Assembly (NCBI GenBank): GCA_002505405.1
Contig: DAVD01000037.1
Coordinates: 187 to 64,186 of the forward strand
Length of the DNA: 64,000 nt
Direction: 5' to 3'
Origin: Candidatus Poseidonia alphae
Lineage (GTDB): Archaea > Thermoplasmatota > Poseidoniia > Poseidoniales > Poseidoniaceae
Shown piece after piece: positions 9,814-18,519 of the stretch (position 1 is the stretch's first letter; the number at the start of each line of letters is the position of its first letter). The position numbers and the translations under genes are program-made. A model generated the notes under the pieces. The model was not told the origin of the DNA and ran no database searches. It worked only from the letters and a program-made list of their open reading frames with translations.

Positions 9814-10361
9814 GCATCCACCTCCACCGCAATGTTGTTGCTTTGGTACCATGAATACCAGGGAGTTGGTTCTTCATTGGTCCAATTTGAAAGAGGACCT
9901 TCGGCGGAAATGAAGGGAGCCTTCAGTTGCTTATTGAAGGTAGAATTGCTTGTGAACTTAGGGCCAGGTTCACCCAATACCATGGCGGTTTCCAAAATCA
10001 TGGTGCCCAGAGAAAGGCTGTTGGTGTCGGTCGTGCTCCAATATGCGGCGAAATCAGGATGGGTGTGAACCCACAATTTGAACGGACTTTTCGCCCCAAC
10101 TGGTGGTTGAAGGGTGACTTGTCCAGCCGTTCCCCAATCGATGTATATGTTGTTTTCAGCGTCGATGAGAACGGAGGTTTCCAAGCCTGCAAGAACAGAC
10201 AAGATGTACACTCCGTCCCAACGACTGTGAGCAGCTAAGGTCTCTTGAGCCAAGAGAAGTTGAGAGTTTTCGACCTGTCGTTCACTCGCCGCGAGGCAGG
10301 CTTCATCCCATGTCGCTTCATCCAAACCCGTTTGGGCGAATTCCGGAAGTTCGACCATCAT
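9810..10361 (-). CDS. JAMM/JAB (MPN+) metalloprotease-like protein, 183 aa
   Basis: Exact H-x-H-x7-S-x2-D motif HTHPDFAAYWSTTD (nt 10067..10026). ATG 10361..10359 overlaps the E1-like stop 10360..10358 (ATGA read directly). The ORF-track extension to 10454 lies inside the E1-like gene. Confidence 0.75.
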   Translation of the reverse strand: MMVELPEFAQTGLDEATWDEACLAASERQVENSQLLLAQETLAAHSRWDGVYILSVLAGLETSVLIDAENNIYIDWGTAGQVTLQPPVGAKSPFKLWVHTHPDFAAYWSTTDTNSLSLGTMILETAMVLGEPGPKFTSNSTFNKQLKAPFISAEGPLSNWTNEEPTPWYSWYQSNNIAVEVDA

Positions 10362-10987
10362 GCCTTCACCTCCGGGAAAGAAAGAGCACCGTAAGTGATG
10401 CTGCCCATGGTTTGGGTGGGCGATGGTCTTCCTCGCAATTCTTGAATGGCCCATTGAGAACCAATGGCGGCAGCAACTGCAAATCCGAATTCAAGGTTCC
10501 CAGATTCCAATGCACCATCGACCTGGCAACTCTTTGGTTCGTGGTCCGGTGTCATTTCTTGGACCAATCCTCGTGAACTTTGGGATGTGAGAGCTACCCA
10601 TCCGTCTCCAGAACAACGCAAATCAATCCAAGGAATGTCAAGACTGTGGACCAAGCGACGAGGTTCTGGCCTGTCAACACAAACCACGACCAAATCATAA
10701 CCTTCGAGTTGCTTGGACTGCCGCAAATTCTCCGGAAGTCCGACAACGCTCACATGCTCTGAATCCAGGCGCTGAGCCAACTGAGTGACTTTATGATGAC
10801 CTACATCGGTCAAACTGTAGCGTTGATGGCCGAGGTTGGTGGGTTCTACAGTGTCTGCATCCATGACGGTCACAGAGCACGGAAGAGCGACTCTGATTAG
10901 GGCCGGAATCAAGTTTTCCAAGAGGCTTGCACCAATGCCACCGGCTCCGACAACAAGCAGCTTTTTGTCTGGGGTTTCGAGGTTCAT
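10358..10987 (-). CDS. Minimal E1-like (ThiF/MoeB/UBA family) adenylation-domain protein, 209 aa
   Basis: Gly loop LLVVGAGGIGAS (about 10931-10948). DADTVEPTNLGHQRY matches the D-x-D-x-V-x3-NL-x-RQ signature (10817-10861). C-terminal SCQVDGA...FAVAAAIGSQWAIQELRG resembles the ThiF C-terminal helix. No CxxC pairs, rhodanese or E2-like domain. Confidence 0.8.
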   Translation of the reverse strand: MNLETPDKKLLVVGAGGIGASLLENLIPALIRVALPCSVTVMDADTVEPTNLGHQRYSLTDVGHHKVTQLAQRLDSEHVSVVGLPENLRQSKQLEGYDLVVVCVDRPEPRRLVHSLDIPWIDLRCSGDGWVALTSQSSRGLVQEMTPDHEPKSCQVDGALESGNLEFGFAVAAAIGSQWAIQELRGRPSPTQTMGSITYGALSFPEVKA

Positions 10988-11020
10988 GAACTTTTAATCC
11001 CGTCACACTTTATGAATAAA

Positions 11021-11239
11021 TCACGAATCGGATAACAGACGTTCCAATGCTGTGATTTGAACGGGCAGTACAAAGTTCTCCTCCACATATAACCGTCCAG
11101 CCTTTGCGCAACGCTCGCGCAAGGTTCCATCCTCCAGTGAAGTTTTCGCACACTTCGAAGCCCCTCCATCATCTCTTCTGAAAAGCCCAACAGGTTCAAC
11201 GGGCGTCATCGTGCATTGGAAGCCATCTTCACCAACCAT
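11021..11239 (-). pseudogene. Probable C-terminal relic of a GT4 glycosyltransferase (72-codon ORF)
   Basis: VGLFRRDDGGASKCAKTSLEDGTLRERCAKAGRLYVEENF parallels the C-termini of two intact GTs in this window: GGLFNRGDPADLA...GRDRVLGKYT (38937-40205) and GRLMDEGDDW...SKAGREHIQ (11431-12666). An in-frame stop lies just upstream (11267-11269). The whole N-terminal Rossmann half is missing. Confidence 0.45.
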
Positions 11240-11430
11240 TAACGCGAGTACTCCACGGCCATGGCTTCAATTTGAGGGTTTTGACATACTTTGTGTTTGT
11301 TGTCTTGCTTGGTGGACTCATCGGTTTGAATGATGGTGTTTAAATCGTTAATGAAAGAGGAATAAAACCACTGTTGCCAGTTGTGTTGATTTACTCTGGA
11401 TTGAAGAGCATGGTTCAAAACATGTTGTGA

Positions 11431-12666
11431 TTATTCCTCTTCAAAATGCCAAGTGAAGGATTCGAATACTTTTCTTGCCTGCGTTTCAGGCGTTAGATCG
11501 ATTTTTTGAATGTGTTCTCGGCCAGCCTTAGACCATTCCTTTCTGTTTTTATGCCCTTCATCGATTGCTGCAATCCAATCATCTCCTTCATCCATTAAGC
11601 GTCCTGTTTTTCCATCAACAACAGTTTCTCTAAATCCTCCTTGATTCGAAACGATAACTGGGCAATCGACAAAATATGCCTCTGGTGGAGTTAAACCAAA
11701 CGGTTCGTTGATAGCATGACTCACCATTGCCTTAGCGTTTCTCATCAATGCTCTAATGGTCGCTTGTGATACTCTGGGCAGAGCTTTTAATTCGACGTTA
11801 TTTTTTCTAGCGTGCTCCTTGTGTTTTTCATTAACCCCACCGCCGATTTGAACAATTTGTAAATTAGAACTGCCTAGTTTTGTGATGGTTTCCCATAGGC
11901 CTTTCGCAAAAATAGCATGGCCAATGGTGATGACATACTTGTTTTTGATAAGACCAAATTCCTTTTTAACAGACCCCCAGTCTTCGTCTTTGGTTGGTTT
12001 AATCGGCCAAAGATTTGGATTTATACTGGGATAAATAAAGTTAGATTCGACATCATAAACTTGTTTGATCCGGTCGCATGTGTTTTTCGAATTACCACTA
12101 ATCTTCCCTCTCTTGGAAGCGAGTGTTACTAATTTTTCATCGATCTTTCTTTGTTTTGACAACAGGAAATTTGTCAATTTGAGATTTTGTTTGGGTGTTC
12201 CATCGACGTCAAAGTGGAGGTCGTTGCTGTGTAAACCACGGTTTGGTTCATGCATGAGTGTATGAATGGGGATGTTGTTAGGTATCAGTGGAAGGAGTTC
12301 TAATGAGGCCATTCCAGTTGTTATGTTGACTGCATCAATGTTAGAAAACAATGTATTCAAGCCAACTCCTTGTTTTGTTAAAGAAAGCATAGAGTACCAT
12401 TTTTTAGATGCATTTCGAGATGACCTTGCAAATATTTCTGAAAATATTCCGCGCGAATAAGACCAATTACTTACCGGAGAAAAGAGCGGTATGTTCAATT
12501 CATTTGATTTCTCTACGAGTTCTTTATTGGGATGTAATGTTGCAACACTCAAGTCAAAATATTTTGACCAGGCTTCGAGATTATTGATCAAATCTCTTTC
12601 CCCTCCACCGAAGTGCTCAAAAGAGCCTTTCACAAGCAAAAGGCGCTTTCTTTGAAGGTTAGCCAT
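11431..12666 (-). CDS. Glycosyltransferase, GT4-like, low-GC
   Basis: NEPFGLTPPEAYFVDCPVIVSNQGGFRETVVDGKTG (E-x7-E region). N-terminal LLLVKGSFEHFGGGE. Confidence 0.8.
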   Translation of the reverse strand: MANLQRKRLLLVKGSFEHFGGGERDLINNLEAWSKYFDLSVATLHPNKELVEKSNELNIPLFSPVSNWSYSRGIFSEIFARSSRNASKKWYSMLSLTKQGVGLNTLFSNIDAVNITTGMASLELLPLIPNNIPIHTLMHEPNRGLHSNDLHFDVDGTPKQNLKLTNFLLSKQRKIDEKLVTLASKRGKISGNSKNTCDRIKQVYDVESNFIYPSINPNLWPIKPTKDEDWGSVKKEFGLIKNKYVITIGHAIFAKGLWETITKLGSSNLQIVQIGGGVNEKHKEHARKNNVELKALPRVSQATIRALMRNAKAMVSHAINEPFGLTPPEAYFVDCPVIVSNQGGFRETVVDGKTGRLMDEGDDWIAAIDEGHKNRKEWSKAGREHIQKIDLTPETQARKVFESFTWHFEEE

Positions 12667-12723
12667 GTGTTATGTGAGAGGGGTGGTTGCTATAATGTTG
12701 AGCCGTTAGCGTAGAATTAATTT

Positions 12724-13563
12724 CTAGTTAGAAGTGAATATTATTCCATCCTCGCCGATGTTTGAATCATACATGTTCTGCAGCACTGCCTTGACTTCTG
12801 AAATGTTGTGTTCTTGGTTATGATCTGGTAATTTAAATTTGGTAAAATGACCTGGTAATACTGAGAGAAATGTTTCAACGTTGATATCTGCAACATTCTT
12901 TAGGTGATGTGGCAGAAATTCAACAACTAATGTTTTACAATGGGATAGAATGTCTTCCATACCTTTCATTGCAAAGTACTCTGACCCCTCTATATCCAGC
13001 AGAACGAGGTCATAATCATGCTCAGGCAAATAATCGTCAAGTCTGTGAGATTCCAATTCAATAATTTCTGGGTTGTCATAATCATACAGGAAACTGCTCT
13101 TTTTTGGTTTCCTCTTGCTTCCACCTGAGTTTACTGTATTGAGTAGAAATTCTACTTTTTCATGAGAATCATTAGCAAAAATGTTGTGCGGTGTTATGTT
13201 TTTAGCATTGTTAAGTTGAAGATTTATTTCCAGTAATTCAAAGGTGTTCGGATTCGCTTCAATCGCCGTTACTTCCTTACAATGTTTTGAAAGTGGAATT
13301 GCTAAAGAGCCAATGTGCGTTCCAACAATCAAAACCTTTGAATTATTGTTGATGAACTTCTTCAGTCGTTGCACTTCTTCAATACCAAATCCACCTGAAC
13401 GTAACTTTTGGCCTACTTCAAGGTCCTCTGGGTCAACTGCGAATAAACCGTTTTCACTGTTCGTGATGATGGCTTTGATATTATTGCCGAGTTTCTTTCT
13501 AAGTCGCTTTGATTTGATTTTCTTAAACCCAAGATTAAGGCGCCAATAAAACGCCTTAAGCAT
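12724..13563 (-). CDS. FkbM-family SAM-dependent methyltransferase, low-GC
   Basis: VLIVGTHIGSLAIPLSK (SAM-binding G-x-G-type loop), LLDIEGSEYFAMKG (FkbM-type D-x-E-G-x-E motif). Confidence 0.75.
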   Translation of the reverse strand: MLKAFYWRLNLGFKKIKSKRLRKKLGNNIKAIITNSENGLFAVDPEDLEVGQKLRSGGFGIEEVQRLKKFINNNSKVLIVGTHIGSLAIPLSKHCKEVTAIEANPNTFELLEINLQLNNAKNITPHNIFANDSHEKVEFLLNTVNSGGSKRKPKKSSFLYDYDNPEIIELESHRLDDYLPEHDYDLVLLDIEGSEYFAMKGMEDILSHCKTLVVEFLPHHLKNVADINVETFLSVLPGHFTKFKLPDHNQEHNISEVKAVLQNMYDSNIGEDGIIFTSN

Positions 13564-14051
13564 GTCGAATCCTCATGCACAAAAAGACACTAACGCCATC
13601 GGCTACTCCTGCGGAGTGAGATTGTTCACCAGTGAACCATCCTTCATCTCCATCATCCTTTTGTTTTTCTAAACGAGGGATATTGCGGACACTCCAATGA
13701 ACTCTCATGCAATTCTTTGTTATGGTCTGCTATTTGGAATTATGGCTAAACAGGTCATGATGGTCGTTCCCTGAGGCAAATTTTTACAAGAATACCGACT
13801 CAAACAATAACCCTCAGTTGGGTTACTACCTGTGATTGCTTTCCCTTCCAATCTTTGTGCAGAACATAAACTGGTACCGTTGTCTTTGGTTGTTGCTCCA
13901 TCGGTTCAAGAAGCCATATGAACCCGTCAAACAGATCGAACTTAAGTCCCTTACCTCCCGTTTGAAACCCTCCCACTCTTAGTGGGTTAGCCCTTGTTTC
14001 GGTCTTCCCGGGGACGCGACGATTGAAAAAGGGAGCCGCTAACGGGAGGTT

Positions 14052-15116
14052 ATGAGCGGAAAGACGGCCATGATTACAGGTCTCACAGGACAAGACGGGT
14101 CTTATCTGGCTGAATTGCTTCTTGAAAAAGGATACACCGTCCATGGTTTGGTCCGCCGAGTCTCTCAACCCACCTCCGGGCGAAGCCTCATCAATCACTT
14201 GATGGAACACGAAAACTTTCATCTGTTGAACGGAGACTTGGCCGACCAGAATTCAATTGACAACGCGGTTGCTCAAACCCAACCCGATGAATTTTACAAC
14301 CTCGGAGCCATGTCTTTCGTTCCCGAATCATGGCGCTCTCCAATGATGACCGCTGACATTACCGGTCTAGGGGCACTCCGTTGTCTTGAAGCCATTCGGA
14401 AGCATGCCCCGAATTGCCGATTTTATCAAGCAGGTTCGTCTGAACAATACGGTAAGGTCCGTGATGTACCTCAAACGGAGATGACTCCATTTCATCCACG
14501 TTCTCCGTATGGATGCGCCAAGGTATTCGCCTTTGAAATCACTCGCAACTACCGTGAATCTTACGATATGTTCGCTTGTACTGGAATCCTTTTTAATCAC
14601 GAAAGCCCACGGCGTGGACTGGAATTCGTGACTCGGAAAGTAACCATGACCGCAGCCAGAATCGCTCAAGGCTTTGATGAGTGCCTGTGGATTGGAAACG
14701 TTGATGCAAAGCGTGATTGGGGTTTCGCCGGCGATTACGTCGAGATGCAATGGCGGATGCTCCAACAGGACAAGCCAGGCGATTATGTCGTTGCCACCGG
14801 TCGTACACACAGTGTTCGTGACATGATCACGCTTGCCTTTTCACACGTCGGAATGAATCTAATATGGTCCGGAGATGGTGTTGATACCATCGCTACTGAC
14901 CAAGACGGCAATGTTCGTGTTCGAACAAATCCCAAATTCTTCCGCCCGGCTGAAGTTGATTTGTTGATCGGTGACCCTTCTCTTGCAGAAAAAGAACTCG
15001 GCTGGGTACCTGGTACTTCATTTGAAGAATTGGTTCAAATGATGGTTGATTCAGACATGACCATCGTCAAAGAAGCAGTTGCTGGTGGATATGCCCCTCC
15101 AATCCCTCCCGAGTGA
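14052..15116 (+). CDS. gmd: GDP-mannose 4,6-dehydratase
   Basis: [51 protein letters not shown] lies 5 nt upstream of the ATG. Confidence 0.9.
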   Translation: MSGKTAMITGLTGQDGSYLAELLLEKGYTVHGLVRRVSQPTSGRSLINHLMEHENFHLLNGDLADQNSIDNAVAQTQPDEFYNLGAMSFVPESWRSPMMTADITGLGALRCLEAIRKHAPNCRFYQAGSSEQYGKVRDVPQTEMTPFHPRSPYGCAKVFAFEITRNYRESYDMFACTGILFNHESPRRGLEFVTRKVTMTAARIAQGFDECLWIGNVDAKRDWGFAGDYVEMQWRMLQQDKPGDYVVATGRTHSVRDMITLAFSHVGMNLIWSGDGVDTIATDQDGNVRVRTNPKFFRPAEVDLLIGDPSLAEKELGWVPGTSFEELVQMMVDSDMTIVKEAVAGGYAPPIPPE

Positions 15117-15345
15117 GAGAACAACCGCCGCTTTCATTTCATCGCTTAAGATGAGACAACGGATAAGAAGTTCTAGATGTATTAATCCAGTAGAATGGAA
15201 AGGGGATTAACTCCAACCCATCATCGTGTAAATGATTGAGAAAAGCACTGAATTGTTGCTTTGTCGTTAAAAATATTATAACTCGTTGGAATCATTCCAT
15301 CTTATGGCGGAAGGTCTTGACCTGCTCGACGACATTGGATAAATT

Positions 15346-15888
15346 TTGAGCGTATTCATTCTTCTCTTCATTTCGTATTTCCATCTTCGTCCCGACCGCA
15401 AAGATGAACGAACATGGGATCGTAAAATGGGAGCGTCATTGGTCATTTGGCTGCTGTTGTATTTTATTCTCCGCAGGTTACAAGAATTGGTCCCTGCAGT
15501 GGGTATTGACAATCCGGATGTGAGCGGGGTGGTTGTTGAACTAACTGCTTATCTTTCATCGATGAACTTCTATTATGTTCACCTTTTTTTGATGCTTCTG
15601 GTTCCGATTCCATTTTTGAGAAACGGTTGGCAGATCGGAGCACTAGGACTGGTCGTCATTCTGTGCACCTACATTGACCGCTCGGCCGTCGCAGCTGGCG
15701 CCGACCCCCAATACAACTCAATGTTGCTCTTATGCATGATCTTAGCAGCGTGTTTAGTTTGTTTCAGCGTTGGATTGAGATTCCTTTTGTTTCCACCTGC
15801 CCTTGAGGACAAGAGCGAGGATTCCCTCGCTTTGCGGCGTTCTGGCTATTTCGCGCTCGGGACCATTGCGGTTGAAAACGAAGCGTGA
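15346..15888 (+). CDS. Hypothetical polytopic membrane protein
   Basis: Several hydrophobic segments. TTG start in the ORF track. No recognised motif. Confidence 0.45.
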   Translation: MSVFILLFISYFHLRPDRKDERTWDRKMGASLVIWLLLYFILRRLQELVPAVGIDNPDVSGVVVELTAYLSSMNFYYVHLFLMLLVPIPFLRNGWQIGALGLVVILCTYIDRSAVAAGADPQYNSMLLLCMILAACLVCFSVGLRFLLFPPALEDKSEDSLALRRSGYFALGTIAVENEA

Positions 15889-15950
15889 CGGCCTTCAATT
15901 TCCACGAAATGAAGTGGAGTCTTTTTAGGAGTCCGAGATAAGTTCTCACC

Positions 15951-18014
15951 ATGGCACACCCATGGAGGTTTGATGGTTTTCCAGGCCGCGTCCTTTGGGT
16001 TGATTTATCCAAAGGAACTTGCGAGGAGCGAGACATTCCATACGAATGGTGCATTTCATCAATGGGCGGTAAAGCTCTCGCCACCAAACTGCTCGTTGAA
16101 TGGGATACAACGGATTACGATTCAGCGACCGCACAACTGCACCCCGTGACGGGGAGAATGGATGCAGCATCACATCCGACGACCCCACTGTTGTTCATGA
16201 CAGGCCCCTATCAGGCTTCCAAGATCGGATCATCAGGTCGCGCCGTCGTCGTCACCCGTTCACCTCTTACAGAGTGTTTCATTGATACGTACATTGGGGG
16301 CAACATCGGACATGATCTTAGGAAAGCTGGCTGGGACGGCCTCTTTATCACGGGCGCAAGCGAGGGTTGGGTGCGTCTTGAAATCAACGACCAATGCGCG
16401 ACTCTCCATGATGCAGAACCGCTGCTAGGCCTCACCACTTGGGAGGTTGAGCAACACCTTGACGAACTCGGAGAGTGCCTTTCAATCGGCCCTGCAGGTG
16501 AAAACGGAATTCGTATTGCTTCGCCATTGACGGCTGGAAGACGGGCTGCGGGGCGGGGAGGAACGGGTGCCTCATTCGGGTTCAAGCGTCTCAAAGCAAT
16601 CACCGTCAAGGCGAGTTCGGATTCGTCGTCCATGGTCCGTTATGCAAACGAATTCTCCCTCGGTGATGCTGTCAAAAAGCAGCGGAGTGAAATGGGCTTA
16701 CGAAGGAAATCCGGGGACCCCTTCTACAGTTTTGGAACAAGTCGGGGGCCACTCTATGCTGCTGAAAACGGGCGGATGCCGACGGCAAATTACGCATCAA
16801 CAGACGCCCAGATGCCGGACCTCTCAACGCTCAAAGCAGGAGGCGGCAAGGGTGGCCAAACGGCAGAAGCAGTTCGTAAGGGAGCAACTCCTGTTCCCGT
16901 TCAAGTCAAACTTTCAACGCATGAACTTTCAGGAGAACACTGGCATGAATCTCTCCCAGACGCCAAACAGTCGGGGTGCTGTGCTCCATGCCCGATTGCA
17001 TGTGAGGCCGCTGACCGCCCGGTGATTGATGGAACGAAGACTCGCGGCCGGCCAGTTCACATGAATCGCGTTGACCGTCCTGAATACGAGACCCTCGCGA
17101 TGTTGGGGTCCAACCTTGGCATCGGCTCAAGTCTCGATGTGATGGATGGAAACGATGCATGCAACCGACTGGGAATGGATACGATTTCCTCTGGAGCTGC
17201 GCTCTCATTTGTCTGTGAAGCAGCGGAGAGAGGATGGTTGCCCGAATCTTGGTCGGACCATTTCCACGCACCCTTTGATTTCGGTTCGTTCAGGGAGGGA
17301 GATGTTGTCCCGTGGCGGTTTGGAATTCCAGAATTGCCGCCATTGGCCCTTCATCTCTTGGCCCATGCAACCCCAGGGGACGGCACGCTCTTCGGGACGC
17401 TTACGGCGGGAGCAGTCGGTATGAGTGAATGGATAGAGAACGAAACGGGACACCCGACAACACGGCTAACCGCTCACTGCAAAGGCCTTGATCTACCAGC
17501 ATGGGACCCACGTGGAAAGCGTGGAAACGCCATGGCCTACATGACGTCAAACGTTGGAGCCAACCATATGCGTGCGAACTACAAGGACCCAACAGGTCTT
17601 CCGAACCGTTCAGCAGTTGACCTCATGGGTGAACTTGTCACCAGTCAGCACAGCATCGTAATCCGCGACTCAATGATTTTGTGTGCTTTTGCAAAAGGGG
17701 CCACACCCGACCACATCATGCTCGATGCATGGAATGCAATTACCGGTGAGGGCTGTACATGGAGCGACCTCATGGAACGAGCCCAAGTTCAGTGGGACAC
17801 TGCTCGCCAATGGAATGTGGACCATTGGGTGCGACAAGGAAAAGATGCCAGGGATGAGGATCTGCTTTCGTGGCGACTACGAAACGAACCCGTCACGAGT
17901 GGCGTTGCTTCTGGAATGGTATCCTTCGTCGATGAATCCGATGAAGAAGCGTGCATGGCCGCTTATTACGAGTATCGAAACTGGAGTCCTGGGGGGTTGC
18001 CAATTGGAATCTGA
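15951..18014 (+). CDS. aor: Aldehyde:ferredoxin oxidoreductase family (tungsto/molybdopterin) enzyme
   Basis: AOR N-domain GRVLWVDLSKG. A Cys cluster CCAPCPIACE for the 4Fe-4S site. Length 687 aa. Confidence 0.85.
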   Translation: MAHPWRFDGFPGRVLWVDLSKGTCEERDIPYEWCISSMGGKALATKLLVEWDTTDYDSATAQLHPVTGRMDAASHPTTPLLFMTGPYQASKIGSSGRAVVVTRSPLTECFIDTYIGGNIGHDLRKAGWDGLFITGASEGWVRLEINDQCATLHDAEPLLGLTTWEVEQHLDELGECLSIGPAGENGIRIASPLTAGRRAAGRGGTGASFGFKRLKAITVKASSDSSSMVRYANEFSLGDAVKKQRSEMGLRRKSGDPFYSFGTSRGPLYAAENGRMPTANYASTDAQMPDLSTLKAGGGKGGQTAEAVRKGATPVPVQVKLSTHELSGEHWHESLPDAKQSGCCAPCPIACEAADRPVIDGTKTRGRPVHMNRVDRPEYETLAMLGSNLGIGSSLDVMDGNDACNRLGMDTISSGAALSFVCEAAERGWLPESWSDHFHAPFDFGSFREGDVVPWRFGIPELPPLALHLLAHATPGDGTLFGTLTAGAVGMSEWIENETGHPTTRLTAHCKGLDLPAWDPRGKRGNAMAYMTSNVGANHMRANYKDPTGLPNRSAVDLMGELVTSQHSIVIRDSMILCAFAKGATPDHIMLDAWNAITGEGCTWSDLMERAQVQWDTARQWNVDHWVRQGKDARDEDLLSWRLRNEPVTSGVASGMVSFVDESDEEACMAAYYEYRNWSPGGLPIGI

Positions 18015-18513
18015 GGAAGACGTTGAATCACCTTCAAAGATCAAACGAAATGCGTTGATTGTGTTCGCTCTACTTTCCCCTCTTCTCTTGGTGCAAGCAT
18101 GGATTTTCGGGGCTGCGCCTGATGTCCCCTTTGCAACCATGCCTTCTTGTGAATCCAACAGCCAAAATTGCGCTCATTTGGGTGGTGGAAGTACGTTTCG
18201 GATGGACCTGGAACTCAACACGACCAACGGTGTTGAACTGAATACATCTCTTGCCGCTCTCACAAATTGGGTTGTGGAAAACAACTTCCAAATACTCGTG
18301 GAAAAATCAGTTGAAGGCGAGGAGTACTACATTCACGCGGTCGCAATCACTCCGTTTTGGAGATTTCCCGACGACGTTGTTGTTCAATTACGACAATTGA
18401 GTACCGGCGGAACTGAGTTCGAACTTCACTCCCAATCACGGCTCGGTCAGAGTGACATTGGGGTTAATCCTGACCGTTTGCTTGAACTTCACTCACTTTT
18501 GGAAGACGCTTAG
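18004..18513 (+). CDS. DUF1499-like membrane-anchored protein (start uncertain)
   Basis: PFWRFPDDVVVQL and SQSRLGQSDIGVNPDR resemble DUF1499. The only plausible start after the AOR body is TTG 18004 or a later TTG/GTG. The long ORF-track extension (17683) lies inside aor. Confidence 0.5.
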   Translation: MESEEDVESPSKIKRNALIVFALLSPLLLVQAWIFGAAPDVPFATMPSCESNSQNCAHLGGGSTFRMDLELNTTNGVELNTSLAALTNWVVENNFQILVEKSVEGEEYYIHAVAITPFWRFPDDVVVQLRQLSTGGTEFELHSQSRLGQSDIGVNPDRLLELHSLLEDA

Positions 18514-18519
18514 GTGGTT

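Larger units (their letters stand above)
11240..14051. other. Low-GC glycosylation cassette (GT4 + FkbM methyltransferase) flanked by unusually long non-coding spacers
   Basis: Hand counts of 60-nt lines give 32-43% G+C inside (lines 12061, 12781, 13141) against 48-62% in flanks (lines 10561, 14401, 16501). Encoded proteins are K/N/I-rich, unlike the D/E-rich neighbours. Confidence 0.55.

Noticed and set aside
10984-11199. A 71-codon ORF whose TGA overlaps the E1-like ATG as ATGA (10984-10987). It was tempting as the missing Ubl of the cassette.
   Set aside because: The product is W/C/R/M-rich and uses AGG/AGA/CGA codons, unlike neighbouring genes. It has no C-terminal GG. It overlaps a better-looking frame (11021-11239) that resembles a GT4 C-terminus. 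The ATGA arises simply because the second codon of the E1-like gene is AAC. It still deserves a structure-prediction check.
11261-11430. An 'IEAMA' peptide in another frame just upstream of the GT relic. It looked like the GT4 EAMA motif and hence a frameshifted continuation of the pseudogene.
   Set aside because: Hand translation of that frame (…NKHKVCQNPQIEAMAVEYSR*) shows no other GT4 features. There is no E-x-FG before EAMA and no start codon. It is most likely coincidence.
13800-14222. A 140-aa minus-strand ORF spanning the gmd start.
   Set aside because: It overlaps the well-supported gmd N-terminus antisense. It has no motif. The non-overlapping part is under 85 codons.
15307-15316. 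A third copy of GCGGAAGGTC, 39 nt upstream of the TTG start at 15346. It suggested a shared regulatory motif with the two BNR genes.
   Set aside because: Only 10 nt match and no TATA-like core follows. The 8-mer GCGGAAGG also occurs three times inside the crtI coding sequence (45182, 45426, 45678), so it is common by chance in this composition.
17683-18003. The N-terminal 107 codons of track ORF 17683-18513, which overlap aor in another frame.
   Set aside because: The recognisable (DUF1499-like) part and the TM helix begin after the aor stop. The upstream part is an open alternative frame within aor.
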